Shown here in pieces: positions 52,301 through 64,000 of a stretch of 64,000 nucleotides of DNA. Every line of letters starts with the position of its first letter. Within the stretch, counting starts at the first letter, position 1. Under the pieces are notes generated by a model, which was given only the letters and a program-made list of their open reading frames with translations, searched no databases and was not told the origin of the DNA. The stretch covers positions 100,998,001-101,062,000 of the forward strand of contig JBITNC010000001.1 of the NCBI GenBank assembly GCA_050084985.1, given 5' to 3'. The stretch comes from Nageia nagi (lineage: Eukaryota > Plantae > Pinophyta). The translations under genes and the position numbers were made by a program.

Positions 52301-53509
52301 ATAAGCTTGCGACTTCAATAGTTCACATGTCCTGTACACTCATGCCATAACTTGCTCATATCACCAAATTTTGCAATTGTACATATATATTGATCATTTC
52401 CATTCTTAGAAATAAATTTGCTAAATTTATACAACTTATCCTCAACTTTACATGTTCCAATCACCCTAAGTTTTTGACTTGTATCCTTAATAAAGTATGT
52501 ATCAACATCAACCTTATAACCCTAAGTACCAATTTGGAAAACTAAAAATAAGTTTTTCTTCAATCCTAGAACTAATTTCACATTTCTGAATACTTTATTC
52601 TAAGCTTTGACATTCCCAATTCCCTCGACTTCTAAGAAAGTATTATCTTTCAGAAAAAATAGTTTATTCTCATTGAAAGATATTCTATCCAACCTCATCG
52701 ATAGATACTTGATAGAAGTATTATCGATAGTCTATTCTCAATTCCATTCCTTTGACATCTTTGGCCAACATTTCGATTTAGATTGATAGACATCCTCGTT
52801 ATTCCCTGGTAGTCCCTTAGCTCCTAACTCAGAATAAGATGGCAAAGACACTCCACAAGATCCAGAAAGACATCAAGCTCCAACATAGCACCTGCACATG
52901 GATCTCTCACATCACACCTCGCCCCCAAGTTATCGATCTATCATGAGCACTTTTTTCAAACCTAAGATGGTCATATAGTCCCTCCATAGTAGTTGAAGCT
53001 TCAACAACCTATGATGCATAGTGCATAGGTCTCCATTGTACAACTTAGAGTGTACTCTCACTAGCTTCGTGTTGTGTCAGATCACCACCTACTGAGGGAG
53101 GAGCAAATCTACCTATTTTTCTCCCTATGTAACATCCCCTTTTTCGTAAAAAATAAATAATTTTGGAATCCTAAGGATTCCCTTTTTGTAAATATTTATT
53201 TATTCATCTATTTGTTGTCAGTTACTTCGGATAAAACTATAAAGGTCCATTGGACCCACTTTGTGAGCCCCATGAGGAACATTTTCCTCCCAAGCTAGGA
53301 TGTGTTATTTAATTTGTCATTAATGCACTTGGAGATCCTAAAGATGATTGTGGGAATCCCAAGCGTTGCATAGATACACTAGAGCACTGGAGATAAACAC
53401 CTATTTGCCCCAACGTTCGATTTGGGAGCACTTGTGTACATGCACCAACCTTGGGGAGACTCCTAGACCCCTACATTGGCCCATGATGATCCCCTAGCAC
53501 CCTCGCATG

Positions 53510-53765
53510 ACTCTTAGACCCACGTGGCACCTTGGACTCCAACATTGGCATGCATGGCAAGTTGGACACCCAAGTTGGCATGCATAGCACGTTGGACACC
53601 CACATTGGCAACCATGGCACCTTGGACTCCCACATTGGCAACCATGGCACCTTGGACTCCCACATTGGCATTTATGACCTCTAGGTAACCACGTTGGGCA
53701 TGCTTGACCCCTAGGCACCCATGTTGGAGATCTTGGGCCTCCAAGAGGCTAACGTTGAGATTAGG
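53510..53765. repeat. 30-bp tandem array in the LTR H promoter region
   Basis: ACCATGGCACCTTGGACTCCCACATTGGCA is repeated exactly at 53611 and 53641 (first 30 nt), with degenerate copies on both sides. Confidence 0.9.
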
Positions 53766-53941
53766 GAGGTTGGGGATGACTCCTAGGTGAGATCCAAATC
53801 CAATGATGAGCTATATAAGGCTAAGAAGCCTCATTGATGAGATAGACTTGATTTTATATTGAAACCCTTCTCTTCAAAGTGACGAAAGACTTGGCGGTGT
53901 CAAGCACCCTTGAGCGCAACACACAAGGAGAGTTCAGGAGG

Positions 53942-54709
53942 TGTGGAAGATCCAACCTTTTCACGAGTTCACTATCGAATCATCACACTTTGTTTATTTT
54001 AGTGGTTGCGGAAATAAAAATCAATCACACAAAAAGATTGCACAATTTTACCCTATTTCAACCGATGTGGTCTACATCCAGTAAAAGTCAATCCATTATC
54101 ATAGAGTCCATTTTACAATGTCATTTGTATGAACCATCTTGCTTCGCTCTTTGAAGCCGAAACACACAATCACTGTGGGCTCTCCACTGAATCCCTTCAT
54201 TGAAGATGACTCTCTTTCCAATGAAAGTGTTGAAGCATAATTCCATGTCTTTTGTCCTAGGTTGACATCTTTGGAAACACTGTCTTTTTTTTTCTACATG
54301 CATCATGGCAATTATTTTTTCCACTTCTTTTTTTTTTTTACAAACACTACACATTATCCCATTTTCGGAGCCCTATCCCTCAAAGGGGAATTTTTTTCAT
54401 TTTTATTCTCCAAGTACCCTTTTATAAAATAAGGGTTACAAATTTGGAGTTTTAAGGTTGCAACAAAAATTATTCTAAACTTACAATATTTGCTCTCTCC
54501 ACCTCTCTTCCCTCCCTTGCCAAGTTTTCAATTTCCATACCCTTCCATCTCCTTGATTTTAGGGTCTAGATAAGATTTAGTTTGATCTAGGTCTAACGTT
54601 TTTTTTTTAATAGTGAGTTTCATTTACTATTAAAAACTTTACAACCATATTTAAATCCATATAATCTTAACCAATAAATATTAGCCACCCTTTAATACCT
54701 ATTCCCATA
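53942..54709 (-). mobile_element. Solo LTR I (family of G)
   Basis: Clear similarity to ~16445-17110. Boundaries approximate; TSD not cleanly resolved. Confidence 0.65.
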
Positions 54710-54807
54710 AGTGTTGGACAACATGGATGGCAAGAGGATAGCTTTCCAAGTCGGCAGTCTCTTCATTCCCTAGCTGGTGGTTGTGTTGTCTAGCTCACAA
54801 ATGCAGG

Positions 54808-56090
54808 TATAATGACCCAAAAACCAAATTTAGGGCAAGTAAGCAATTTCCAATCAATCCAACCCTGACGTCAAGCGTAGGCCATCCACAACAACCATTC
54901 AAACCCTCAAAGGTGCAACGTTAGGGTTAGGGCATCAATATTCCACATTCACAATGCAATCATGCCAACATCTGAGCTAGGGTTACAACATTAACCGATC
55001 ACAACATCCAATCTCCAACGTCTATCCAGTATATGCAATTAACAATGAATAACATTCCACAATGCCAACATTTTGCTAGAACAAGTATAAATAAGCAATA
55101 ACTTGCAACGCATGCACTAAAATGATATAGACAATCCAAATGATGAAATCCAATGCGCTTGGTAATAAATAATGCTCAATGCTTAATAAATACAATACCA
55201 AACCCTAAGAGGGCTGACATTGGCCTCTCTAGAGCCAACTAGGGCACAATGCAATGACAACTCAATCTTTGGATGAACTTTGGAACAATGGGACAATATG
55301 TCTCCTCAGAATAAGAATCCTCCCCACCGAAGAGGCCCTCCTTGGATCTTGGAAACCACCGAAAGTAGAAGCAATTTCTTGGAATACCACTGAATAGGCA
55401 AAGGTGCTACACCAGTGCCGTAGACAGACAGGATCCCTCAACTTGAATGCCCTCTAGATGTTGCACCTAGGGAAGGTTGCTTAGCACCACTAAGACTTGT
55501 TGTCTAATGGACTGTGGTAGAAATAATAATCAATGTATATCTAGTAATGAGCCTCCAAGGATTAATATAACCTTCTTTGGTCCAGATTACACCTCGAAGT
55601 CATCACCTAATCACCTCATGGCCCAACGTTGGTACCTAGGGATCAATCCAAGCTCAACGTGGGTGTCTGGGCCTCCCCTATGCTCCATGTGGACCCAGGA
55701 ATGCATGCGTGGGTCTAGAAGGCATGTGTGGGCACTTAGAGGGGCAATGTGGGTCTCAAGATCCAATGTGGGGGTCTAAAAGCCACCCCCAAGCTTGTGC
55801 AGGTGTCTACATGTCCCCAATCTCAACATTGGGTCATTAAGTGCTCATCCTACCATTAAGTGCTAACTAGGCCTTGGGATTCCCACAATCAAGTCTTAGG
55901 ATCTCCAAGTATACTAAATACACCTATTCTAACCTAAGGAGGGAGACGTCCCACTTGGGGCTCATAGTGGGGTCCATTAACCCATTAAGTCTCCTATCCT
56001 AAGTAACAACAATGAAATTGCAAATACATAAATAAAGTATATTACAAAGATGAGCCTGTTGGACCCACTAACTTAACAAGGGATGTCACA
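54808..56090 (-). mobile_element. LTR J (H/Z family, inverted)
   Basis: TATAATG(TGTAATG)...GTCACA. Its reverse complement aligns with the starts of H and Z. TSD unclear. Confidence 0.8.
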
Positions 56091-56624
56091 ATGTAGCTCC
56101 CCCTTGTAACAGTCTGGCGTTTATACAATGGCATATTCCATGGAGGGGAACTTTCTCTACGTGGTGATTGATGGATCCTCTATAAGACTGTCATCCACCT
56201 CTACGTCATTAGCTCCTCATTCCCATGACAACTTTCTCCATATGTTGGCATTTTAGTAGATCCTCCCCTTTACTAGCTCCATGTTGGCAAACAATGTTGA
56301 TTAGCGGACTAGCAGGTGACCTCCTCACGTCAGCGCACTCAACTTTACAAGACAGTTAGTTTTGTCTCACGTCTATCGTCAATGGTCTTTACCTCCATAT
56401 TCTATTCGTAAGGCCGCCACCTCCTTTGTTGCACAGGCTCCACGTCGATCTCTCTCCACATAGACTTCCTTATGCTGATTTTGCCTTCACAAGTCCCATA
56501 AATGAATGCTTTTTACAAAACATCCTCCTCCATTTGTACGACATCCAGATGGTTAGCTGTTGACATTTCTTCCACTTCGTATACGTCGGGTCCATTGCAA
56601 AAACTCAAATGTGTTGGTGGAGAG

Positions 56625-59600
56625 CTAGATCACATGGTACGGCGATATGCAAATATGAGTACCCAGTACGTGGTACATTGCGTGCTGAAAATTTGGTACA
56701 TTGGTGCGGCATATATATATATATATTTTCTAAAAAACTATATTAACTTGCAATTTGCAAAAAATAAAATGATATCAGATACATAGTACACTCATATACA
56801 TAAATTAAAATAACATTTTAGAAGGAAAACCATGTCGAGTCTATATTAACTCCCAATGTCCATACATGATAAGTATAACATGATCCAATATCCAAAATAA
56901 GCCTTTACAGATGAGGCTTTACAAGTAAAACAACAAGAAATAGTTTGTCTGACTATCTCAAAACATGAACAAAATGTAATGCCAAACATGACTAATAGAC
57001 AAAATCAAATATTGTCTCTAGTAGGAAAATAGTCTATATCAAAATCATCAAGGTCAAAGGCATCAGTATCCTCTCCTTCATGGTTGTCACCGCCATGCTT
57101 TCCTGCCATCTCTGACTCTAGGTAGTTATCCATAGATGCTGCAACTGTAGTTGATGATCCAATAGTATCCTCACTGGCTCTAGAGATGGTACATCGATAT
57201 CTAGATTGGTTAATTGCAACTCAAATGAGTTGTCCAATGCCATCTCATCTAGTAACACATCCCACAATTTGGTACGGCCCCTCTGATACTCCTACCCTGC
57301 CTGTATAAAAGACGAAGATTGGTGCGCACATACACCAAGTCTGCTGCCCACTTTTGATCAAGTTTGCTACGCTCAACACTATACACCTTGGAGTATATAC
57401 TCCAATTCCTCTCACAGCAAGAGGATGAGGTCACCTATGATAGAAGTTGTAGGGCTAACTGCTGCAAAGGTGGACATGCTGATCCATGCAATGCCCAAAA
57501 TGTATGGGGCTTCTTCAAACACCTATCCTTGATGATATCATAAAAACCAAACCTGCTTCTACCTGTAGAGAACTCAGCAAATGCCTTCTCAATTATATTC
57601 AATGTACCGTGATCAGGAAACAACTGCTTCAGAGCTATCTTCCTCCCATCTGAAACCTCCTTATCCATGTGTGGAGGGAACCGTCGACTAGGACTAGAAG
57701 TAGAATTCAGCCATTCATCACTATAGTATTTGGGATTCAATGAGTGTGCTAAGCAATGAAGTGGTGTACAATTTTTCTCCCATCTATTAAAAAGGGTGCT
57801 GCTAATAGCTGAATAGATCTCATCAACAGAAGCATTAGCAATATTAGTTGCCAATGAAGCGGGCTCATCAATTAGATGTTTTACCTTTTCAATGAGACTA
57901 TCCCATGCCTCATAAACCTCACCAAGAACAACATCTAAATCAGCAAAACGGAGTAAAGATATGATTGGCTCAACAATGAGCAAGGTAAAGTATATCCTCT
58001 CCCACCATGTGTCATCAACCACAAGCTCCTTGATCTCCTTGAATGTGTTTATCTCAATCTTTCTCCAAAAAGTCCACATCTCATCTATAACCATCGCCTC
58101 TAATGCTTTTCTCACTTCCTTTATCCTCTTTAACATGATAAAAGAGATAAAACGAGTGTCTGCCACTCTAAGAAGGGAAAGGTGGCTATGTTTGCGATAG
58201 ATGGTGAGTGAATGTGTATGATTTTGTACAAAATCTTTATCAACTTTGCATCCTCAATTATTTTAGACATCCAAGGCAAGTTAGATGCAATTGATTTTAG
58301 TGCAAGGTTTAGACTATGCACTATGCATGGTGCCCAAAATACACTAGGGTACTTAGTCTCTAAAATCATCCTTGCTACCTTACAAATAGGTGCATTATTA
58401 GTAATCAGTTGCACAATGTTATCAACTCTCACTTGCTCAACAATGTTGATAAATAACTCACCTGCATAGTGCATCATTACATAGTCATACAACAATTGAA
58501 AAGATGGAATATGGAAAAGAAAATATAAATAAGTAATTATTAATTTAAATTAAGTATTGTGACTAGTCTATATTTTGTTCAAAGAATAAAAAGTACCTAA
58601 GTATGCATGGTCTTTTTATTTTCCTGCTGCATTCACACATTTGATGAAAACTAGACCATTGGGAGATGAAACAATGAAATTAATCAATGGATGGTAAGTT
58701 GGATCAGTCCACCCATCTGATACTATGCTCACTCCTGATTGTGGCCAAGTTGCCTTAATGGTTTCCAATTCTTCTTCTACCTTCCTCTTACCTTTATCCA
58801 AAATGGTGGTCCTCAATCTATCAAAGATGGGAGGAACATAATTGGAAGGTGCACGCTGAATTAACCCCTTCACCATTTCTGAAAAAAAGGGGGAACGTGC
58901 AGTATTGAAAGAAAGGCAATTACCAAAGTGATACATACCAACAAGAAGGTCAATTTCCTCCTCCAACTCCCTCTGAAACATCCTATCCATGCTACAGCCA
59001 GCAGCTGTTCTTTTTTTATTAGATGTGCTATTGGTGTGTTTCTGGTTCAAATTCATGTCTTGAGACTTGACCACTGGGTCAACCATTGGTGTCTTACGAG
59101 CAGCCACTACTTGTCCTTTCTTGTCTTCATTTTGCAATCCAAACAATTGGTTGGCTGAGATAATAGGACAAGCAATAATCCCATGTCCAAACATTTTCAA
59201 TAAATGAAATCTCACCCTTGAATAATTGACACTATATTTCTTTTTACAAAAACTCACAAACCCGTGTGGCATTGGAATGGGCATGTGTCCTTTGTGTTTC
59301 AACTATCACATACCTCCACAATGGGGTTTTATTCACTTCTTCTACTTCAACTTGTTGATTTTCAATAGCTGATTCACAAGTAGAAGCTTTTCTTGCTGGT
59401 GCTTTTCCTTTTCCCCTTTGCCTGGAAGAAGCCTCTTGAGAGGAGCTATCCATGTGAATTTTTTGCCTTTTCCCCTTTTGCTCAAATGGCCAATGCTCAA
59501 TGTTGGAATGCTAAAACCCTTGAAACTTGAGAGCTGAATGTGTGTGAGAGAGTGTTTGTGTTAGAAATGAGAGAAGGCAGCTTGAAACACGAAAAGCAAG

Positions 59601-59736
59601 TATGTTTTTTTATTTTTTTAAGTGTTTTTGGCCCCCAACCACCCGGTACGAGCATGGTACACAACTGCGCATACCCATGTACCCCGTACATATAGTACAT
59701 GGTATGTGAGGGTTTGGGGCATACCCTGTATGCTAG
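56625..59736 (-). mobile_element. Complete hAT DNA transposon (3.1 kb)
   Basis: Perfect 8-bp TSD GTGGAGAG (56617-56624/59737-59744). Imperfect TIRs CTAGATCACATGGTACG / CTAGCATACAGGGTATG. Subterminal GTAC repeats. Confidence 0.95.
57040..59453 (-). pseudogene. hAT transposase (BED finger, DUF659, dimerisation domain), frameshifted; intron 58462-58596
   Basis: PLWRYV, SDGWTD, WAPCIVHSLNL, TPLHCLAHSLNPKYY, SSSCCERNWS; GT..AG intron between YLG and ELF. Confidence 0.92.
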
Positions 59737-61199
59737 GTGGAGAGTACTTCAACCTTGAAGAGATTATTCACAACTTTTGAGATTATTATTTTTCACCTCT
59801 GAAATTCCATTTCAAATCAATGGAACACCTTCTCTCTTACGGTTGAGGTGCGTGTTCGTGTTGTGAGGTTGCCCTACCCTGAGACGTCCACAAGCAATCT
59901 ACACCTTTGAATCCATCTGGTAGCATTCCGGAATCACATCCATTCTATTCACCAGGAGCTAGCCTGTGAGGGAGCCCTTGACTTAGGCATCCACAAAACT
60001 AGTAGTGTGCGATTGTTCTTCAACAATTTCAGGATCTATCTCAACATATTGTATGCCTTAGTTGGCTCCTTGGAGGCCAACTTTGAGCCCTCTTGGGCCT
60101 ATTCGGTATTGTACTCTTCATTTATCATTAATTGAGGCCATGGTATACTTGGATCTCATAATTGTGTGCATTTGGTGCAATATTGTCTCATTGTGCATTA
60201 TGTTGGGCATTTGAGTGATATTCTTGCTTGTAGAGTGAGTCATTGGCATTCCTAGTTCATTTTTATGTGTATTTGACACTCTAGATTAGACGTGGCATGC
60301 TTGAAGGGGAATTTTGATATTGTTTGATAACTATTTGGCTAACTTCTACATTGAGCATATTTGGGAATATTACACCCTAGGAGTAGAAACCCTACACAAC
60401 TATATTTTTCAATGTTCCATCTATTATGAGGTCTGAGACAAATTCCATCTTTTTAGGGGTGATTCACAATCTCTATCCACTTTCTTCAGATATTTGAATT
60501 AATAATGGCTTCAACTTTATTTTATAGAGACAACTCAATTCTATTGATAGAGAAGCTCTCCTCTAGGCAACTCTTTCCCCCACCACTCTCAACCCATCAC
60601 AACCTACTTCCTTGCTCAAATGGATCGAGGGGGATATTGATAAAAGACAATAGACATTGGACTATTCAACCATAGGCAAGGCCACTAGACAATGCACCCA
60701 TGGATCTTTGGGGCTTTAGATCAATGACAAGTAGAGACATATCATTGATTTCTTCAGCAGAGATTCTTCAACTTTGAATATTAAGAGATACTAGTACAAA
60801 GGTAGAGGGAAAGTGGCCCTTAGGACCACCCCCTCCTCTCTTTCCCTATCCCCATAGAGAACTTATTTACAAATGCCTTGTATTTATATTTGTTTCTTTA
60901 TTTGTTGGACACTTTTGGTCTTTCCACTTGTTATTGTTGTGCCCTTTTCACAGTCCCTTGGGTCACTTTTGGCCCACCATGGACATTAATAATATTTCAT
61001 TTCATCTTTATATAATAACTCAAAAAGCTCTTTACTATGATGCAAGAACTGGAATCAATAACCTCTTCATCACTAAAATAATTATTTGCTTAAAAGGTAA
61101 GACAAAGAGCAATACCTTTGAATTGTGTTCATTGTTGTTGGATGTTTTTTGTATTTATTCCATATCCACAATCATCTTGCAACATTTAAAAGACTTGTG

Positions 61200-61410
61200 A
61201 TCCAATATCTTTGGAAGTTTGTCTTAGGCTCATACTCCTTCATACTTCTATTAGCTAAGAATAGACTTTCTATACTGAGAGCCAAGAAGATCCTATCTAC
61301 CCTTCCAAACTACATCTTTGTAGATGAGGATCTCACACATCTACAATCACAACAGTTTGCTTCAACCAGGAAGTTACTGTAGCAAGAAAACTAGGTAAAT
61401 GGGTCATCAT
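61200..61410 (+). pseudogene. Possible LINE ORF1 C-terminal fragment
   Basis: ILRAKKIL...IFVDEDLT..Q...ARKLGKW resembles the ORF1p 'I.eDLT' motif. Confidence 0.4.
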
Positions 61411-64000
61411 CAAGGTTCCACCATGGGTCGCGAGCGGCGGAGGTCATTTTTAGGGAGCGGCTCCAACTCGACAGGCGAAGCAGCTAGTAAAAAAATCCCT
61501 TAGAATTTTTAGATTTTTCTTGTTCATTGTTTCTAATTCATTTTTACTATCAAATATGAATTTAAATTACAAAACATAATCAAATATGAATCTAAAGGTA
61601 GAAACGAGAAATGAAAGCGAGCCATAATGTCATTAAGTGACAAACAAGTCTGAATCAGTAGTTCGTAATGTCATAATATCAAAATGAGTCATAATGGCAT
61701 AGTAGCAAAAAGCCAAAGGCTCAAAATGACAAAACCATAACTATCAAGTATCAATACTATCAAACTATGGCTCTAGCCTCTAAGACTCTTAATCCTTAGC
61801 TCTAAGGGCTCATGTGCCCCTCATATATTTCAATTGTAGTCAAAATCAACATTCTCCTCATCCATATCATGATCATCTGATGGCTACCCTCATCATCCAA
61901 CTAGATACCTTCCATGTCCAATGGTAATCCTATCAACCCATGAGCATCATCATCAACCTCTTGACTAGCTACCTTCACAGGATCAATATCCCATCATGAA
62001 AATGGACTAGCTCTATACTTTGGTTTCACCCTCTCATGAAGGCGAAGATAGCTATGCACTGCTACTAGCTTCTTTGCTCTCTCTAGGGTAAGCATGTTCC
62101 TCCTCATGCTGTGGATGAAGCCATATGTGGACCAATTCCTCTCTACAGCAGAGGAACTACCAACCTACAATCAAATTTGTTATTTGATAAAATTAGAATT
62201 AAAAACATGAAACATCCAAGTTCAAAGTTCAAACAATTATTCAAATTTGAAATTTCTTCAACTAACCTGAGAAAAAAGCCTAATTGCAAGTTGCCTCAAT
62301 TCAGGAGCATCATCCCCATATAGATCCCACCATCCAATGGGATCACTATCCTCCCTACACTCTGGTGTGCTAAAATGAGGACCCCCAAGTCTCGAAAATT
62401 GCATGAATTGTTTTCTACGGATGGCAACTTCCTCTGATGTATACACCTTTTTCAAGAACTTCATGAATCCATTTTTCACCTCTGACATTAATAGGTATAT
62501 TTTTTCCTTTCTTGAGCACATACCATTTTGGATTCAGAGCATAGGTAGCCATATGCATTGGGGTGTTCATCTTATTCCACCTATAAGAAATTAAAAAATA
62601 AAGTTCAAAACTTAAAGCTACAAAGTATAAATTACAAACAACAATAAATCAACATTTTTTATGGTTATCTCTTAATTACAATGGGAAGAATGTAATTTGT
62701 ATAAAATGAGGGATCTTTGGCACTAATGATATTTTTTATTTGCTCAACTATGCTGTGAAAAGTCTCATATATTTCTCCTAAATTAGGAGAATCTTTATCA
62801 CCATACCTAATGACATCATGGATTGGAGCAATGAAACTTACCATATACCTACAAAGATTAAAAAAACTAAAAGTTAAAAAGCTACATAGTAATATAAACA
62901 ATTAATAACAAAAAAAATAAAATTAAAATTTAAAATGAAACTTCAATTACCTAATTTCATCCCACCATCATTTAAGATTTTCAATCTGTGTTTTTCCCTC
63001 ATTTGACTCATTCCTTCCACTTCTTCCATTTTGATGACACTACCATGGATTGGAGTGACTTCTGTAACTCAAGCATCCTCTCCAAAAGAAGCTAATAAGT
63101 GGCATATCTTGTTTCGACAGGTTTGATGAACTCCTCCTTTGAGAAGCAACGAAACAAGGCCATTGAAGTGATGGTTGCAAATAAATAGTTGCATCTTTCT
63201 AACATTTTGAACTATATCCATCACCCATTCTATCTTTCCAATATCTTTCAATGCATTGATTAAAGCATGCACACAACATGAAATCCAATAAATATGTCTA
63301 AAAGTGGACTCTACCAATTTACCTGCTCTCTTACAAATAGGGTTTGCATCTGTAATGACCAACAAGACAACAAAAAATTAAAATTAAAATATTTAATATT
63401 TAAAAATTAAAAGTAAAACAAATCAAATGAAACATTGAAAAGTATAAAATTAAAAATAAAATAGCAAAATAATTTTACCTGCAACACATTGGATGGGCCA
63501 ACATCCTTAATAGCTTGCTTCAAGAGATGAAATTGAAACTCAAAATTCTTTTTCTTCTCAAAGCAATCAATAGCTCGAAGAAAAAAAAAGACCATCTAGA
63601 CATGTAACAATTATATTGATGAATGGATGCTGACAAATGTCAGTCCAACCATCCATCACTATGAAACACCCATTATGCACCTATAATGCTTTCATTGTAT
63701 GCATCATCAAAGAACACTTCGCATATTGTTTCTCCAAAAGACTAGTATGAAGTCTACTCTCCTCGAGAAAAACATATGAAGGCCCCACTTCCCTTACCTT
63801 TTCAAATGCATATTTGAAATAGGGTGACCATGCAAAATGGAAGGGAAGCCCATGTGCATAAAAAAATAAACTCATAGCATCATCAGCAATTTCTTTTGCT
63901 TGTATATTCAATGCATCATTATGTTCTCTCTTTTTCTTGATGGGGGCAATGTAGGACTCGGTAAACTAGAAGAAGCAAGGTGTGTGGAAGAAGATGCATA
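61411..64000 (-). mobile_element. Second hAT element (runs off the window); decayed multi-intron transposase ~61800-64000
   Basis: Terminus CAAGGTTC with CpG-rich subterminal region. MDGWTD, CCVHALINAL, GWWDLYGDDAPEL, VERNWSTY. AT-rich introns at ~62165-62266, 62581-62669, 62848-62950, 63360-63478. Confidence 0.9.

Larger units (their letters stand above)
38508..52680 (-). mobile_element. Decayed Ty1/copia element split by nested insertions
   Basis: PPT + LTR start (reverse complement GGATTAAGGGAGGA-TGTTGGA) at 38631-38650. RNaseH 38850-39255; RT/integrase 50519-52680 (LKKSLYGLKQAPSAW, YVNDLII). Removing 39256-50518 restores VISKYIANVCEDHWK. Outer limits approximate. Confidence 0.85.
53128..60374 (+). 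mobile_element. Solo LTR H with three nested insertions
   Basis: TGTAA...TTACA; perfect TSD CCCTA (53123-53127/60375-60379); TATA ~53813; same family layout as Z. Confidence 0.88.

Noticed and set aside
53471-53744. Cys-rich metallothionein-like and other repeat ORFs
   Set aside because: All three frames are open because of the 30-bp LTR tandem repeat; no gene context.

Overview
AT-rich, strongly CpG/CHG-depleted plant nuclear DNA. The TE families and giant intron suggest a conifer/gymnosperm (inference). The one host gene seen is the last six coding exons of HCAR (7-hydroxymethyl chlorophyll a reductase; minus strand, 34943-36740), missed by the ORF track. I found no further upstream exon, so 36741-64000 is probably one intron of >27 kb. 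The rest is nested TEs: a full decayed Ty1/copia (8102-13446), Gypsy remnants, a non-autonomous LTR element inside a relative (15462-23254), many solo LTRs with TSDs, a second copia split by a four-deep nest, two hAT transposons and LINE ORF1 fragments. The main discovery candidate is a pair of divergent but homologous 7-8 kb units: A (27344-34352) and B (40056-50377 minus nested inserts). Both are TSD-flanked, have LTR-type termini, and lack gag/pol and internal direct repeats, so they look like giant solo LTRs. Each carries its own TATA promoter, a decayed ~1100-1200 aa ORF and an upstream array of a bipartite inverted motif, CTAGGCGC-N40-GCGCCTAG. The 56-bp span of this motif is conserved in both elements although the intervening DNA is not. 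This suggests an LTR-encoded DNA-binding protein plus its cognate site array (transactivator or anti-silencing module). All coordinates and alignments were read by eye.
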